From contig JBAYIX010000001.1 in the NCBI GenBank assembly GCA_041665385.1, forward strand, positions 47,865 to 111,864: a DNA stretch of 64,000 nt, in the 5' to 3' direction. Position numbers and translations under genes: made by a program. Under the pieces are notes generated by a model. The model did no database searches. It was not told the origin of the DNA and saw only the letters and a program-made list of their open reading frames with translations. This stretch comes from Minisyncoccota bacterium (GTDB lineage: Bacteria > Patescibacteriota > Minisyncoccia > Phycocordibacterales > PALSA-1337). This document shows, one piece after another, positions 18,497 to 28,556 of this stretch; the first letter of the stretch is position 1; each line of letters begins with the position of its first letter.

Positions 18497-20518
18497 ATGA
18501 GCCCTTATATATGGTTCGCACTTATAAGTTCCGTAATCGCTATAGCATACGGCGCTTTTTTGATCACATCGATCTTGAAGAAGCCCACAGGCAATGACCG
18601 CATGAGAGAGATAGCCGCCGCCATCCAGGCAGGCGCAAAGGCGTATCTCAATCGCCAATATCGAACCATCGCCGTCATAGCAGTCATCCTATTCCTAATA
18701 CTCGGCTTTTTCCTAGGCTGGTCCATAGGCATAGGGTTCCTGGTAGGTGCTATCCTCTCTGCGCTTACAGGTTATATCGGTATGAATATATCGGTACGAA
18801 CAAACATAAGGACAGCCGAAGCAGCGAGGAGTGGCTTGGCTGAAGCTCTCTCTCTGGCATTCAAAGGCGGATCTGTGACCGGATTCTTCGTAGTTGGCTT
18901 GGCTCTCCTCGGAGTCACAGGCTTTTATGCCATCACAAAAGATGTAAACTCTCTCATCGGTTTGGCATTCGGAGCGAGTCTTATATCGATATTCGCCCGC
19001 CTAGGCGGAGGCATATTCACAAAGGCCGCTGATGTCGGCACCGATCTCGTAGGCAAATTAGAAGCAGGCATACCTGAAGATGATCCCAGAAACCCTGGTG
19101 TTATCGCAGACAACGTAGGCGACAATGTAGGAGACTGTGCTGGCATGGCAGCAGACTTGTTCGAGACCTATGCCGTCACCACCATAGCAGCCATGATACT
19201 CGGCGCGGTCACCTTCACACAGACTCTCGACGTTTCTGGTGTTGCAGTCAACGCAGTATTTGCAAATGCAACCATTTATCCTCTCGCTATAGGAGGTGTC
19301 GCCATCATCGCTTCTATCATAGGTACCTGGTTCGTAAAGCTCGGAAAAAGTGGAAACATAATGGGTGCAATGTACAAAGGACTCATAGCGGCTGGTGTCA
19401 TTTCTGCCATCGCTTTCTACCCCCTCACCATGGAACTCATGGCTGACAACAAACTCTACGATCCTACGAACTTGTACTACGCAACACTCGTCGGACTTCT
19501 CGTGACCGCAGCATTGGTATATATAACTGAATACTACACCTCCACCAAGTATCACCCAGTGCAATCCATAGCAAACGCGAGCGTTTCTGGTCACGGTACG
19601 AACATCATTCAGGGTCTGGCAATATCCATGAAAGCTACAGCATGGCCTACTCTGAGCATCGTTGCTGGAATATTGGCTGCATATCACTTCGGCGGACTCT
19701 ACGGTATAGCTATAGCCGCTATGAGTATGCTCTCTATGGCAGGTATCATAGTCGCTATCGACTCTTACGGTCCTATCACTGACAATGCCGGAGGCATAGC
19801 AGAGATGGCAGAACTACCAAAGGAGGTCCGTGATGTCACTGACCCATTGGATGCAGTCGGTAATACCACAAAAGCGGTCACAAAAGGATATGCCATCGGT
19901 TCCGCAGGGTTGGCGGCTCTGGTACTCTTTGCTTCCTATACAGAAGCAGTCGGTTCCGGGCACAGCTTTAGCCTCAATGATCCCGAAGTTATCGTCGGAT
20001 TGTTCATCGGAGGACTATTGCCTTACTATTTCGCAGCTCTCTGCATGGAAGCCGTAGGAAAAGCGGCTGGAAAAGTAGTAGAAGAAGTCAGGAGACAGTT
20101 CCGCGAGATCAAAGGCATCATGGATGGCTCTGCAAAGCCAGACTACAGCCGTGCGGTAGATATCGTGACTTCTGCAGCTATCAAGGAAATGATAGTTCCT
20201 GCTCTCATACCGGTTCTAGCACCTATATTGGTCGGATTTATACTCGGCCCAGTCGCTCTCGGAGGTTTGCTCGTCGGTTCCATTGTGACAGGCCTATTCG
20301 TAGCACTTTCTATGACTTCCGGAGGAGGAGCATGGGATAATGCAAAGAAACACATAGAGCAAGGTGCTCATGGAGGCAAGGGTTCGGATGCTCACAAAGC
20401 CGCTGTTACTGGCGACACCGTTGGAGATCCTTACAAAGACACAGCTGGCCCAGCCATAAACCCTATGATCAAGATCTTGAACATTGTGGCCCTGCTCATC
20501 GTCGCTTTCATTATTTAA
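18497..20518 (+). CDS. hppA: membrane-bound proton/sodium-translocating pyrophosphatase
   Basis: 673 aa polytopic membrane protein with [39 protein letters not shown] and [17 protein letters not shown] signature motifs. Confidence 0.9.
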   Translation: MSPYIWFALISSVIAIAYGAFLITSILKKPTGNDRMREIAAAIQAGAKAYLNRQYRTIAVIAVILFLILGFFLGWSIGIGFLVGAILSALTGYIGMNISVRTNIRTAEAARSGLAEALSLAFKGGSVTGFFVVGLALLGVTGFYAITKDVNSLIGLAFGASLISIFARLGGGIFTKAADVGTDLVGKLEAGIPEDDPRNPGVIADNVGDNVGDCAGMAADLFETYAVTTIAAMILGAVTFTQTLDVSGVAVNAVFANATIYPLAIGGVAIIASIIGTWFVKLGKSGNIMGAMYKGLIAAGVISAIAFYPLTMELMADNKLYDPTNLYYATLVGLLVTAALVYITEYYTSTKYHPVQSIANASVSGHGTNIIQGLAISMKATAWPTLSIVAGILAAYHFGGLYGIAIAAMSMLSMAGIIVAIDSYGPITDNAGGIAEMAELPKEVRDVTDPLDAVGNTTKAVTKGYAIGSAGLAALVLFASYTEAVGSGHSFSLNDPEVIVGLFIGGLLPYYFAALCMEAVGKAAGKVVEEVRRQFREIKGIMDGSAKPDYSRAVDIVTSAAIKEMIVPALIPVLAPILVGFILGPVALGGLLVGSIVTGLFVALSMTSGGGAWDNAKKHIEQGAHGGKGSDAHKAAVTGDTVGDPYKDTAGPAINPMIKILNIVALLIVAFII

Positions 20519-20664
20519 TCCAGCTTAGCTAGGATTGTATGGAAAATAGTCACATTTCTGTGGCTATTTTCTTTTGAGCACTTTGCCCCCAAAAGTGCTA
20601 GACTATTCACAAGCCATGATCCACAGATATGGCTATTAATCCTAATAGAAATCACACCATTATA

Positions 20665-21450
20665 ATGAAAAAATTACAATATTCTCTCGCCATTCTAGCC
20701 ATAGTGCTCATAGGTACTCCGGCTTTGATACAGGCAGAGACAGATACAGATGCGAGTGTTTCTGCCAGCGCAGAAATAAAGGTCAGAAATACTCTTCGAG
20801 AAAAGATTAAAGCGGATATGGAGAACAAGGCAGAAAATGCCAAGAATAACCGTGACTATAGAAACTTAAAGCTAGCAGAATACGGAACTACATCTGCTAG
20901 GATCATGGCTACAGGCACACGTCCCATGCCGATCAGGGCCGCTTCCAGCACAATAAGAGTAAAGTTAGAAGAAAGGAGAGATGATAAGAAAGAGGAAAAA
21001 CAGGAAAAAAGAGAGGATCGGAGAGAAGATCGTCAGGAAAAGAGGATAGAGAAATTCCAAGAAGAAAGAGCTCACATAGTGAGACAACTCGAACAATCCA
21101 TATCAAACCTAAAGCAAGTCCAGACTAGGATACAAAGCCGGATCACAAAGGCAGAACAAGAAGGACTCAACATGACAGATGCCAAGACTTTGAATGTCAC
21201 AGCAACAACCAAGATAAATCTTGCAGTACAGGCAGTAGATGCACTCAAAATATTCGATGCATCCTCAAACGTATCGGCATCTAGTACGATAGACCTGAGC
21301 AAACCCCGAGAGCTTCTAAATACAGCTCGCCTATCTATAAAGACTGCTCGCGAAGCATTGAATGATGTTATCGTCTCCATAGCTCACACTATGGGATACA
21401 AACTTGGCGCAAAGATAAATGCCACCTCCACTGGATCTGTGAGTCAATAA
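20665..21450 (+). CDS. secreted coiled-coil protein with a highly charged KR/E-rich repeat (hypothetical)
   Basis: Signal peptide MKKLQYSLAILAIVLIGTPALIQA (start at internal Met; ORF track from 20629). Charged block RRDDKKEEKQEKREDRREDRQEKRIEKFQEER. Confidence 0.5.
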   Translation: MKKLQYSLAILAIVLIGTPALIQAETDTDASVSASAEIKVRNTLREKIKADMENKAENAKNNRDYRNLKLAEYGTTSARIMATGTRPMPIRAASSTIRVKLEERRDDKKEEKQEKREDRREDRQEKRIEKFQEERAHIVRQLEQSISNLKQVQTRIQSRITKAEQEGLNMTDAKTLNVTATTKINLAVQAVDALKIFDASSNVSASSTIDLSKPRELLNTARLSIKTAREALNDVIVSIAHTMGYKLGAKINATSTGSVSQ

Positions 21451-21474
21451 TCATTATTATAATAAATAACAAAA

Positions 21475-21804
21475 ATGGAACCTAACCAAAATCAGCCAGT
21501 GAACCCGACGTTGCCTATTAGCAACATGACACCGACTTCTCACAAAAAGGTCGGTCCGATAGTGGCAATACTTGTCATCGTCTTGGTCCTCATCGTCGCG
21601 GCGTTATATCTCTTTGCTTCCAAACTCAACAAACAACCAGTAATGTTAGAAAATACAAACGGCACGGAGTCCGCATTTATTGCGGAAGAAAATTCTTCTC
21701 CTATGCCAGTCGTATCCCCTGTGACTGGTACCGCTGACGATCCAGATTCGCTCTCAAATGATCTCAATGCTGGCGCACAGGCAGAAAGTAACTTTGCATT
21801 CTAA
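21475..21804 (+). CDS. small single-pass membrane protein (hypothetical)
   Basis: 109 aa with one transmembrane segment (GPIVAILVIVLVLIVAALYLFA). No recognisable domain. Confidence 0.4.
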   Translation: MEPNQNQPVNPTLPISNMTPTSHKKVGPIVAILVIVLVLIVAALYLFASKLNKQPVMLENTNGTESAFIAEENSSPMPVVSPVTGTADDPDSLSNDLNAGAQAESNFAF

Positions 21805-21876
21805 GTAGAGAAATATTTGTGAAAAAATGCAGCTCTAACGGGCTGCTTTTTTTGTTTGCAAATTTCAATTGCAGTA

Positions 21877-21992
21877 TCGGGCAAGCGAGGGATGTGCATT
21901 CTTTTCATAGAAATTGGAGAAAAACCAACCGGCTCTGTTCGTGGTAGCTCTTCAATTTCTATGAAAAGAATGCACATCCCTCGCTTGCCCGA
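21877..21992. repeat. hairpin element copy E2: 40-bp perfect inverted repeat with a 36-nt loop
   Basis: Arms cgggcaagcgagggatgtgcattcttttcatagaaattg and its exact complement. Loop gagaaaaaccaaccggctctgttcgtggtagctctt is closely similar to the reverse complement of the E1 loop. Sits about 50 nt upstream of tig. Confidence 0.85.
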
Positions 21993-22042
21993 GCCCCCAA
22001 CCAAAGTTGCACGATATCCACGATCAATGTAAACTCCCATTT

Positions 22043-23098
22043 ATGACAAAAAATCAAAAAAATTATGGAGAAGCAAAGGTAAAACCGCTAGACAAATCTC
22101 GCATAGAGATCATTGGAAATATCCCACCAGAAATTTGGGAAAACTACCGTGCCCAGGCTCTAAAGGAAGTGAATGATTCTGTGACAATCGACGGATTCCG
22201 AAAAGGTATGGTTCCAGAAAACATACTCATTTCCAAGGTTGGTGAAATGGCTATTCTAGAAGAGATGGCCGAGCTCGCCATGACGCCAGCATACATGGAC
22301 ATAGTCATTGAAAATAAGATAGACGCAATAGGCAGACCCGACATACAGATCACAAAACTCGCTTCCGGAAACCCCATCGAATTCAAAATCGTTTCCGCCA
22401 TCGTTCCTACTGTCACATTGCCTGAATACAAAAAAATCGCCGTGGAAGAAGTTAAGAAACAAAATCCAGATGATGTGAAGGTGACAGAAAAAGACATAGA
22501 GGATACAATTACACGCATATTGTCGGAAACAGAGTCAGCAGATACGGCGGCGGATCGTTCCGACCACAAAACTTTAGCTACAAAAAATGAACTCAATGAC
22601 GATTTTGTAAAAAAATTGGGGGCCTTTTCGAGCGTCTCAGATTTCAAAGAAAAATTGAAAGAGATGATAGCCCAGCAAAAGAAAGACCAGGCAATAGAAA
22701 AACTTCGCATTCAGATAGCGGAAAATATTTCGTCTGCATCCACTATCGACCTTCCGGACATAATGGTCGACAGTGAAACAAGTAGAATAGAGGCTCAGTT
22801 TGGCGGTGATATAGAGAGAATGGGTGTGAAACTCGAGGATTATCTGAAACATTCCAAAAAGACGATAGAGGATCTCAGGAAAGAGTGGCGCCCACATGCA
22901 GAAAAGAAGGCCAAACTCCAACTCATATTGAATGCCATTGCCGATAAGGAAAAGCTAAGACCCAGTAAGGACGAAATCGAACATGAAGTGAAACATATCT
23001 TGGAACACTACAAAGATGCAGATCACGAACAAGCTCACTCGTATGCAGAGACTGTTCTAACAAACGAAAAAGTCTTTCAGTTTCTCGAATCAAAATAG
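22043..23098 (+). CDS. tig: trigger factor (start at internal Met 22043)
   Basis: VTIDGFRKGMVP motif of the trigger-factor ribosome-binding/PPIase region, overall TF architecture, 350 aa. Confidence 0.8.
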   Translation: MTKNQKNYGEAKVKPLDKSRIEIIGNIPPEIWENYRAQALKEVNDSVTIDGFRKGMVPENILISKVGEMAILEEMAELAMTPAYMDIVIENKIDAIGRPDIQITKLASGNPIEFKIVSAIVPTVTLPEYKKIAVEEVKKQNPDDVKVTEKDIEDTITRILSETESADTAADRSDHKTLATKNELNDDFVKKLGAFSSVSDFKEKLKEMIAQQKKDQAIEKLRIQIAENISSASTIDLPDIMVDSETSRIEAQFGGDIERMGVKLEDYLKHSKKTIEDLRKEWRPHAEKKAKLQLILNAIADKEKLRPSKDEIEHEVKHILEHYKDADHEQAHSYAETVLTNEKVFQFLESK

Positions 23099-23110
23099 GT
23101 TACAAAGATA

Positions 23111-23812
23111 TCAAAAAACAACTTGTGAAAGTGCAGCAACAACCGCAGTTTCCGCCCGCAATATTTGAGAACCCAAGCAATAGGTTGGAATATTATATTT
23201 CTGAAACATTTCTAGTTCTGCATCTGACCATCCGCCCTCAGGACCGATAAATATCATTACTGGACCAGAATCTTTTCCTGTTTCCTTTTGCCATTTTTCC
23301 CCCTCAGTATGAAATACTATTTTAGATTCGATAGACATCGAAACAGCATCTGAAAAATCAATCATCTTTTCGAGAGTCGGGATATTTCCTCTTCCACTTT
23401 GCTCGCTAGCCTCGATCAAAATCTTCTGCAGGCGATCTTCATTCAAAAATTTCTTTTCACTCCTTTCCGCTACGACAGGAATGATCCTAGATATGCCGAG
23501 CTCGGTTGCTTTTTCTGCTATCCATTCAAAATTATCTTTTTTTACCAGCGCGGCAGCGAGGACGACTTGTCTCTCTGGCATGAAACGACTTTTGACTATT
23601 TCTGAAACCTGGAGGGACATTAAACTTGCACTCTTTTCCGTTTCCAATATTTCACAGATATAGTCGAAGCCGGAGCCATCAAAGACTATCACTTTGTCTC
23701 CCACCCCCAAACGAAAAACTTTTCGGATCTGATGGATCATATCTTCCGATTCTATCCGTAAATTTTTATCCGATCCTATAGGCGTCGGTATATAAAAACG
23801 GTGCAGTCGCAT
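23111..23812 (-). CDS. rsmE: 16S rRNA (uracil1498-N3)-methyltransferase RsmE
   Basis: MRLHRFYIP... N-terminal PUA-like domain and C-terminal SPOUT knot region (IFIGPEGGWSDAE). 233 aa. Confidence 0.75.
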   Translation of the reverse strand: MRLHRFYIPTPIGSDKNLRIESEDMIHQIRKVFRLGVGDKVIVFDGSGFDYICEILETEKSASLMSLQVSEIVKSRFMPERQVVLAAALVKKDNFEWIAEKATELGISRIIPVVAERSEKKFLNEDRLQKILIEASEQSGRGNIPTLEKMIDFSDAVSMSIESKIVFHTEGEKWQKETGKDSGPVMIFIGPEGGWSDAELEMFQKYNIPTYCLGSQILRAETAVVAALSQVVF

Positions 23813-24396
23813 TATTTGGGGTTGAGAACCTGATCTATGACACCATACTTCTTCGCCTCTTCCGCACTCATAAAGAAATCTCGATCTGCGTCTTTTTCAA
23901 TTTTTGCGAGTGACTGTCCAGTAGCCTTGGCGAGCATTTTATTCAAGTTCTCTCTCATTTTCAAAATGTGCTTTGCACTGATCTCAATGTCTGAAGCCTG
24001 ACCTTCGGTTCCACCGTGAGGCTGGTGTATCATGACTTCGGCATTTGGGAGGGCGTACCTCTTCCCTTTTGTCCCAGAAGCGAGAATGACAGCTCCCATA
24101 GATGCGGCAATACCTACACAATAAGTGGCGATATCATTTTTTATGGAATTCATAGTATCAATTATTGCCAGACCAGAAGAGATCACTCCACCTGGAGAAT
24201 TGATATACATGCTTATTTCCTTCTTGGGATCTTCGGACTGCAGAAACAATAGCTGAGCAATGACCAAGTTTGCCGTAACATCATCTATCGGTCCGCCAAG
24301 GAAAATAATATTCTCTTTCAGGAGACGTGAATAGATATCATATGCACGCTCGCCGAAACTGGATTTCTCGATAACTGTTGGAATGAGTATTGACAT
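23812..24396 (-). CDS. clpP: ATP-dependent Clp protease proteolytic subunit (start at internal Met)
   Basis: [53 protein letters not shown], with catalytic Ser (GIAASMGA) and His (MIHQP). Confidence 0.9.
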   Translation of the reverse strand: MSILIPTVIEKSSFGERAYDIYSRLLKENIIFLGGPIDDVTANLVIAQLLFLQSEDPKKEISMYINSPGGVISSGLAIIDTMNSIKNDIATYCVGIAASMGAVILASGTKGKRYALPNAEVMIHQPHGGTEGQASDIEISAKHILKMRENLNKMLAKATGQSLAKIEKDADRDFFMSAEEAKKYGVIDQVLNPK

Positions 24397-24633
24397 GGTT
24401 TTGTGTTGGTTTTGTTTTTTATTACTTTCGTACTGTATCACGCATACGAAAATAGTCAACTAAAACTATACCACAATTACTGGACATTATCAGCTTATTC
24501 ATTATATGATGACAATGTTACCAATATTAAATTTTGAAACCGCTTCAACGGACCATGACACTCTTATTTATGATTAGATTTCCTCATACAATAGGTATAA
24601 AGCCATAGATCCAATACGGCGGTTCATCCGCAT

Positions 24634-26163
24634 ATGTCATTAAAACTAGTCGCACTCTTCCTCTCCATTGCTGGAGTTGTCGGTGTGGCAGTTGGTTATT
24701 ATCTCCGATTGATCATTTCTTTGGGCAAAAAAGGCTCAATGGAACTCGAGATCAAGGAAATGCTCCTCGCCGCAAAAGAGGAAGCAAAGAAGATAACAGC
24801 CGACGCCACTACCAGAGCAAACCAAGTAATTACAGAAGGAAGAAAAGAAATAAAAGAAAAGGAAGATAAGATAAGACACACAGAAGATCGTCTGATAAAA
24901 AAAGAGGATCTGCTAGATAAGCGCCAATTAGATCTAGACAAAGAGGTTGATTTGATAAAACAGCGTGTAGTAGAAATAAAAGCCATTCGCGAGCAAGCAG
25001 ACAAACTCGAGGAACACAGGAAACAAGAACTCGAGAAAATATCACGCCTGACGACCGAGGAAGCCAAAGAAGAGCTCATTCGAATCATCGAAAAGCAATC
25101 CGAGGAAGATCTGATGGTTCGCATTACCAAGCTAGAACAGCATGGAGAAGACATGCTAGAAAATAAAGCCAAAGATATCCTAGCGATGTCCATACAACGC
25201 CTGGCTACTTCTGTCGCAGCAGATGTGATGTCTACTGTCGTACCTATTCCAAATGAAGATGTAAAAGGTAAGATTATTGGCAAGGAAGGAAGAAATATAA
25301 AGGCTTTTGAGCGTATCAGCGGCGTAGAAGTGCTGGTGGACGACTCCCCAGGCGCGATAACCATATCCTCATTTGACCCAGTTCGCCGCCACATAGCGCG
25401 TATGGCTCTGGAAGAACTCATCAAAGATGGCCGCATACAGCCGGCTCGCATCGAACAGGTAGTAGACAAGGCAAAACAAGATATAAACAAGACGATCAAG
25501 GAAAAGGGCGAACAAGCTGCATATGAATGTGGCGTGCTCGGCCTCGATCCCAGAATACTTCTCATTTTGGGACGACTTCACTTCCGCACTAGCTACGGCC
25601 AAAATGTCCTCCTTCACTCCATAGAAATGGCTCACATTGCCGGAATGATAGCCGAGGAACTAGGTGCAAACGTCCAGGTCGCAAAAGCAGGTGCTCTCCT
25701 TCACGACATAGGCAAGGCTCTAGACCACGAAGTCAGCGGTACACACGTAGAAATAGGTAGGAGAATCCTGCAAAAGTTTGGCGCACCAGAAGAAGTGATA
25801 AAAGCCATGCAGGCTCATCATGAAGAATATCCTTACGAGACCGTAGAATCTCGTATTGTGCAGACTGCAGATGCAGTCTCCGGAGCGAGACCTGGTGCAA
25901 GAAGGGATAACATCGAAAATTATCTGAAACGCCTCGGTGATCTGGAAGCTTTGGCAAATTCTTTCAAGGGTATAGAAAAGTCTTACGCCCTGCAAGCAGG
26001 CCGTGAAATACGTATATTCGTAAAGCCCGAGGAGATAGGAGATGTCGAGGCAAAAAATCTCGCACGAGACATAGCAGTAAAGATAGAAAAGGATCTCAAA
26101 TACCCCGGCGAGATAAAAGTGATGATAATTCGAGAAACTAGAACCATAGAATTTGCAAGGTAG
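24634..26163 (+). CDS. rny: ribonuclease Y
   Basis: N-terminal transmembrane helix, coiled coil, KH domain (GKIIGKEGRNIKAFERISG) and HD domain (HSIEMAHIAGMIAEELG...LLHDIGKA). 509 aa. Confidence 0.9.
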   Translation: MSLKLVALFLSIAGVVGVAVGYYLRLIISLGKKGSMELEIKEMLLAAKEEAKKITADATTRANQVITEGRKEIKEKEDKIRHTEDRLIKKEDLLDKRQLDLDKEVDLIKQRVVEIKAIREQADKLEEHRKQELEKISRLTTEEAKEELIRIIEKQSEEDLMVRITKLEQHGEDMLENKAKDILAMSIQRLATSVAADVMSTVVPIPNEDVKGKIIGKEGRNIKAFERISGVEVLVDDSPGAITISSFDPVRRHIARMALEELIKDGRIQPARIEQVVDKAKQDINKTIKEKGEQAAYECGVLGLDPRILLILGRLHFRTSYGQNVLLHSIEMAHIAGMIAEELGANVQVAKAGALLHDIGKALDHEVSGTHVEIGRRILQKFGAPEEVIKAMQAHHEEYPYETVESRIVQTADAVSGARPGARRDNIENYLKRLGDLEALANSFKGIEKSYALQAGREIRIFVKPEEIGDVEAKNLARDIAVKIEKDLKYPGEIKVMIIRETRTIEFAR

Positions 26164-26239
26164 TCAATCTCATATACCCTATTGCCTAAAAAACGGCTTA
26201 ATATATAATATGCAGTATTAATAGGTAATAGAAAACACA

Positions 26240-26512
26240 ATGAATAAAGCTAGTATTGTTGACGCTGTGCACGGAGTACTTGGTGGAACAAAGGTTCAAG
26301 CCGAGCAAGCAGTAGAAACTATGATTAACACCGTTATCGATTCTTTGAAGAAAGGAGAGGAAGTCTCCATCTCAGGCCTCGGTATATTCTCAGTAAAGCA
26401 GCGTGCCGCACGTGAAGCTAGAAACCCTCGTACAGGTGAGGCTATCAAGGTCCCAGCTATGAAGGTTCCTAAGTTCCGTGCAGCAAAGGCCCTCAAGGAC
26501 GCGGTAAAATAA
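26240..26512 (+). CDS. hup: DNA-binding protein HU
   Basis: 90 aa. MNKASIVDAV...GLGIFSVKQRAAREARNPRTGEAIKVPAMKVPKFRAAKALKDAV is the canonical HU/IHF fold sequence. Confidence 0.9.
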   Translation: MNKASIVDAVHGVLGGTKVQAEQAVETMINTVIDSLKKGEEVSISGLGIFSVKQRAAREARNPRTGEAIKVPAMKVPKFRAAKALKDAVK

Positions 26513-26540
26513 GGATCCCAGGTTTACTATCGTTAGTAGC

Positions 26541-26567
26541 AAAAAACCGCCCTAGGGCGGTTTTTTG
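26541..26567. terminator. bidirectional rho-independent terminator between hup (+) and tRNA-Gly (-)
   Basis: aaaaaaccgccc-ta-gggcggtttttt: a 6-bp GC stem flanked by an A6 run and a T6 run. Confidence 0.6.
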
Positions 26568-26580
26568 CTACATATAGCAG

Positions 26581-26651
26581 TGCGGGATAGGAGAATCGAA
26601 CTCCTGACATTTGTTTGGAAAACAAATATTTTACCATTAAACTAATCCCGC
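26581..26651 (-). tRNA. tRNA-Gly (anticodon TCC)
   Basis: Minus-strand sequence GCGGGATTAGTTTAATGGTAAAATATTTGTTTTCCAAACAAATGTCAGGAGTTCGATTCTCCTATCCCGCA has a 7-bp acceptor stem, anticodon loop TTTCCAA and T-loop GGAGTTCGATTCTCC. Confidence 0.85.
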
Positions 26652-26684
26652 TTTTGTTTTTGAAATTCCATATCACACAACACC

Positions 26685-27032
26685 CTACGACGCCTTGCTC
26701 CCCGGCGGTATCGTAACATTTGGCTCTAGCAATGAAAAGCCGACGTCCGGCACAGACACAGCCAAGATCATACCACTACTTTCCAAACCACGTATAGTCC
26801 TAGGCTCGATATTTGTAACAAACATACAGGTCTTCCCTACCAAAACCTGCGGGTCTGGGAAATATGCAGAGATACCGGAGACTATCTGGCGAGGCTTTAC
26901 ATTGCCTTGCTCGTCTTTCTCCGCAAAATCTACCACCAACTTCAGTAGCTTGTCCGCATCCAACACCTTTTCTGCAGACAATATTTTGCCCGCTCTTATC
27001 TCGACTTTTTTGAAATCATCAAAAGGTATCAT
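26685..27032 (-). CDS. tRNA-binding protein (CsaA / EMAP-II-like Myf domain)
   Basis: 115 aa. VEIRAGKILSAEKVLDADKLLKLVVDFAE...RQIVSGISAYF matches the OB-fold tRNA-binding domain found in the MetRS C-terminus/CsaA. Located in a tRNA cluster. Confidence 0.7.
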   Translation of the reverse strand: MIPFDDFKKVEIRAGKILSAEKVLDADKLLKLVVDFAEKDEQGNVKPRQIVSGISAYFPDPQVLVGKTCMFVTNIEPRTIRGLESSGMILAVSVPDVGFSLLEPNVTIPPGSKAS

Positions 27033-27463
27033 TTGTGATGAATAGTATGGTCATGCTCGACTGCTTCTTTTATCTCATCTACCTCCTTTTTTATCTCGGT
27101 AACCATGGATGTTATCACTTTTATTTGTGCCTCCTCTTCCCTCACTTCTTTTTCCGTCTTGTCCGTAACCTTCTTTTCACCCTTTATACCACTGAGGAGG
27201 ATCGTATCACCGATAAAGTAAGACACGAATAGACCTGTTGCGAGCAAGATAAGCAAAACGAATACGAGACTAGTAGGTTCATAAAATATAACTCCCAACC
27301 AACCACCCTTTGCCTGCAATATGTCCGCGGTATGCCATACCCCCCTCCAAAACAGCACGATAGCTACACTACCTATCATTGTATACACAATAGGGTGACG
27401 GGAGAGATGCCCCCTCACAGTATCCTCAAATTTATCAAAAAAATTAATTATTTTATGAATCAT
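27029..27463 (-). CDS. membrane protein with C-terminal coiled coil (hypothetical). Start at internal Met to avoid overlapping tRNA-Pro
   Basis: Two transmembrane helices followed by a charged KE-rich C-terminus. No recognised domain. Confidence 0.4.
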   Translation of the reverse strand: MIHKIINFFDKFEDTVRGHLSRHPIVYTMIGSVAIVLFWRGVWHTADILQAKGGWLGVIFYEPTSLVFVLLILLATGLFVSYFIGDTILLSGIKGEKKVTDKTEKEVREEEAQIKVITSMVTEIKKEVDEIKEAVEHDHTIHHK

Positions 27464-27473
27464 TGCTTCTTTG

Positions 27474-27546
27474 TCGGAGCGCCGGGATTCGAACCCGGAG
27501 TCACCTGTACCCAAAACAGGGATGTTAGCCGTTACACCACGCTCCG
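27474..27546 (-). tRNA. tRNA-Pro (anticodon TGG)
   Basis: Minus-strand sequence CGGAGCGTGGTGTAACGGCTAACATCCCTGTTTTGGGTACAGGTGACTCCGGGTTCGAATCCCGGCGCTCCGA; anticodon loop TTTGGGT. Confidence 0.85.
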
Positions 27547-27563
27547 GTGTTCGTATCAGCTTA

Positions 27564-27956
27564 TCACAAGATCACGTTCTTTAGCCACCTTACTTTTGCT
27601 TTTCGACTTTGCATGTTCATATATACTGACAAGACATGTACCTGAAAGTTTGCATCAAGTCCCCTGCTACTATATCCCAGATACGTTTCTATGATCCGAC
27701 GCAGATGCTTTGTCTTCCAACTATCCACATTTTCCTCCGGTTTATGACTATCAAAAAATTGACCTGAAAGAGTATTCGTCACACTTTTGACTTCAAAAAA
27801 GTGAACTATATTGTCCTTTTCGGCTATTATGTCCAATTCTCCCCATTTCCTCTGGAAATTGCGTTCCGAAACCGTGAAACCTAGATTTTCTATATATTTA
27901 CAGGCTATATCTTCCCCGAGATTACCCTTTTGTCGATTATGTAGGTCATTATTCAT
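27564..27956 (-). CDS. yraN: YraN-family (UPF0102) endonuclease
   Basis: 130 aa. GEDIACKYIENLGFTVSERNFQRKWGELDIIAEKDNIVHFFEVKS matches the YraN/restriction-endonuclease-like fold motif. Confidence 0.7.
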   Translation of the reverse strand: MNNDLHNRQKGNLGEDIACKYIENLGFTVSERNFQRKWGELDIIAEKDNIVHFFEVKSVTNTLSGQFFDSHKPEENVDSWKTKHLRRIIETYLGYSSRGLDANFQVHVLSVYMNMQSRKAKVRWLKNVIL

Positions 27957-28136
27957 GGCTTTTACCTGGTAATTAGAAATGGCTTTATCTAGCCATAATA
28001 ATAAAAACTGACTCTCTATAGTACAAAATTAACGGATTAAAGCCATTTAATCTGACTTTTATAAACACTATCCACAGGGTTATCCCCAGTTATTACACTT
28101 ATCATTCCTGCTCCACCTGACATTCGCAATACAATG

Positions 28137-28207
28137 TGCGGGTATGGAGAATCGAACTCCAATCTCGTCCTTGGCAAGGACGTGTCCTACCACTAAACGA
28201 TACCCGC
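28137..28207 (-). tRNA. tRNA-Trp (anticodon CCA)
   Basis: Minus-strand sequence GCGGGTATCGTTTAGTGGTAGGACACGTCCTTGCCAAGGACGAGATTGGAGTTCGATTCTCCATACCCGCA; anticodon loop TGCCAAG. Confidence 0.85.
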
Positions 28208-28261
28208 TTGTGAAACCCCAGTATAACTGAAAGTCTTTTTTTTATCAAAAGATTTATGTGT

Positions 28262-28443
28262 TTTCGCACCGCAGGCACAGCAATGCAGTATCGGGACATT
28301 TGCAGTCCGAGCCGGATACAATGCATCTGCATATCTCTGCGAGGCGAGGACGAAACTAGCGCAAAATCCGCAACTGGCTTTCTGTAGTTGTTGCAGATTT
28401 TGAGCGTGTCCCGATACTGCATTGCTGTGCCTGCGGTGCGAAA
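28262..28443. repeat. 37-bp perfect inverted repeat enclosing a 108-nt structured loop, between tRNA-Trp and tRNA-Arg
   Basis: Left arm tttcgcaccgcaggcacagcaatgcagtatcgggaca is the exact reverse complement of the right arm (28407-28443). The loop contains further small hairpins. Shares the 15-mer caatgcagtatcggg with the left flank of hairpin element E2. Confidence 0.8.
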
Positions 28444-28467
28444 CTAGAACAAAGTGAGAGCGTAGCA

Positions 28468-28539
28468 GTGCGCCCGGTAGGACTCGAACCTACAATAACG
28501 GTTCCGAAGACCGCTGTGATATCCATTTCACCACGGGCG
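28468..28539 (-). tRNA. tRNA-Arg (anticodon TCG)
   Basis: Minus-strand sequence GCGCCCGTGGTGAAATGGATATCACAGCGGTCTTCGGAACCGTTATTGTAGGTTCGAGTCCTACCGGGCGCA; anticodon loop CTTCGGA. Confidence 0.8.
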
Positions 28540-28556
28540 CGTAAAGCTATACTATC

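Noticed and set aside
21801-22040. 79-aa minus-strand ORF spanning hairpin element E2
   Set aside because: The ORF exists only because the palindrome reads open. The equivalent ORFs over E1, E3 and E4 are not conserved.
24699-25565. 288-aa Ser-rich minus-strand ORF
   Set aside because: Lies entirely inside and antisense to the well-supported rny gene.
28102-28422. 106-aa minus-strand ORF spanning the tRNA-Trp/tRNA-Arg spacer
   Set aside because: Overlaps tRNA-Trp and the palindromic element. Cys/Arg-rich, palindrome-derived translation.
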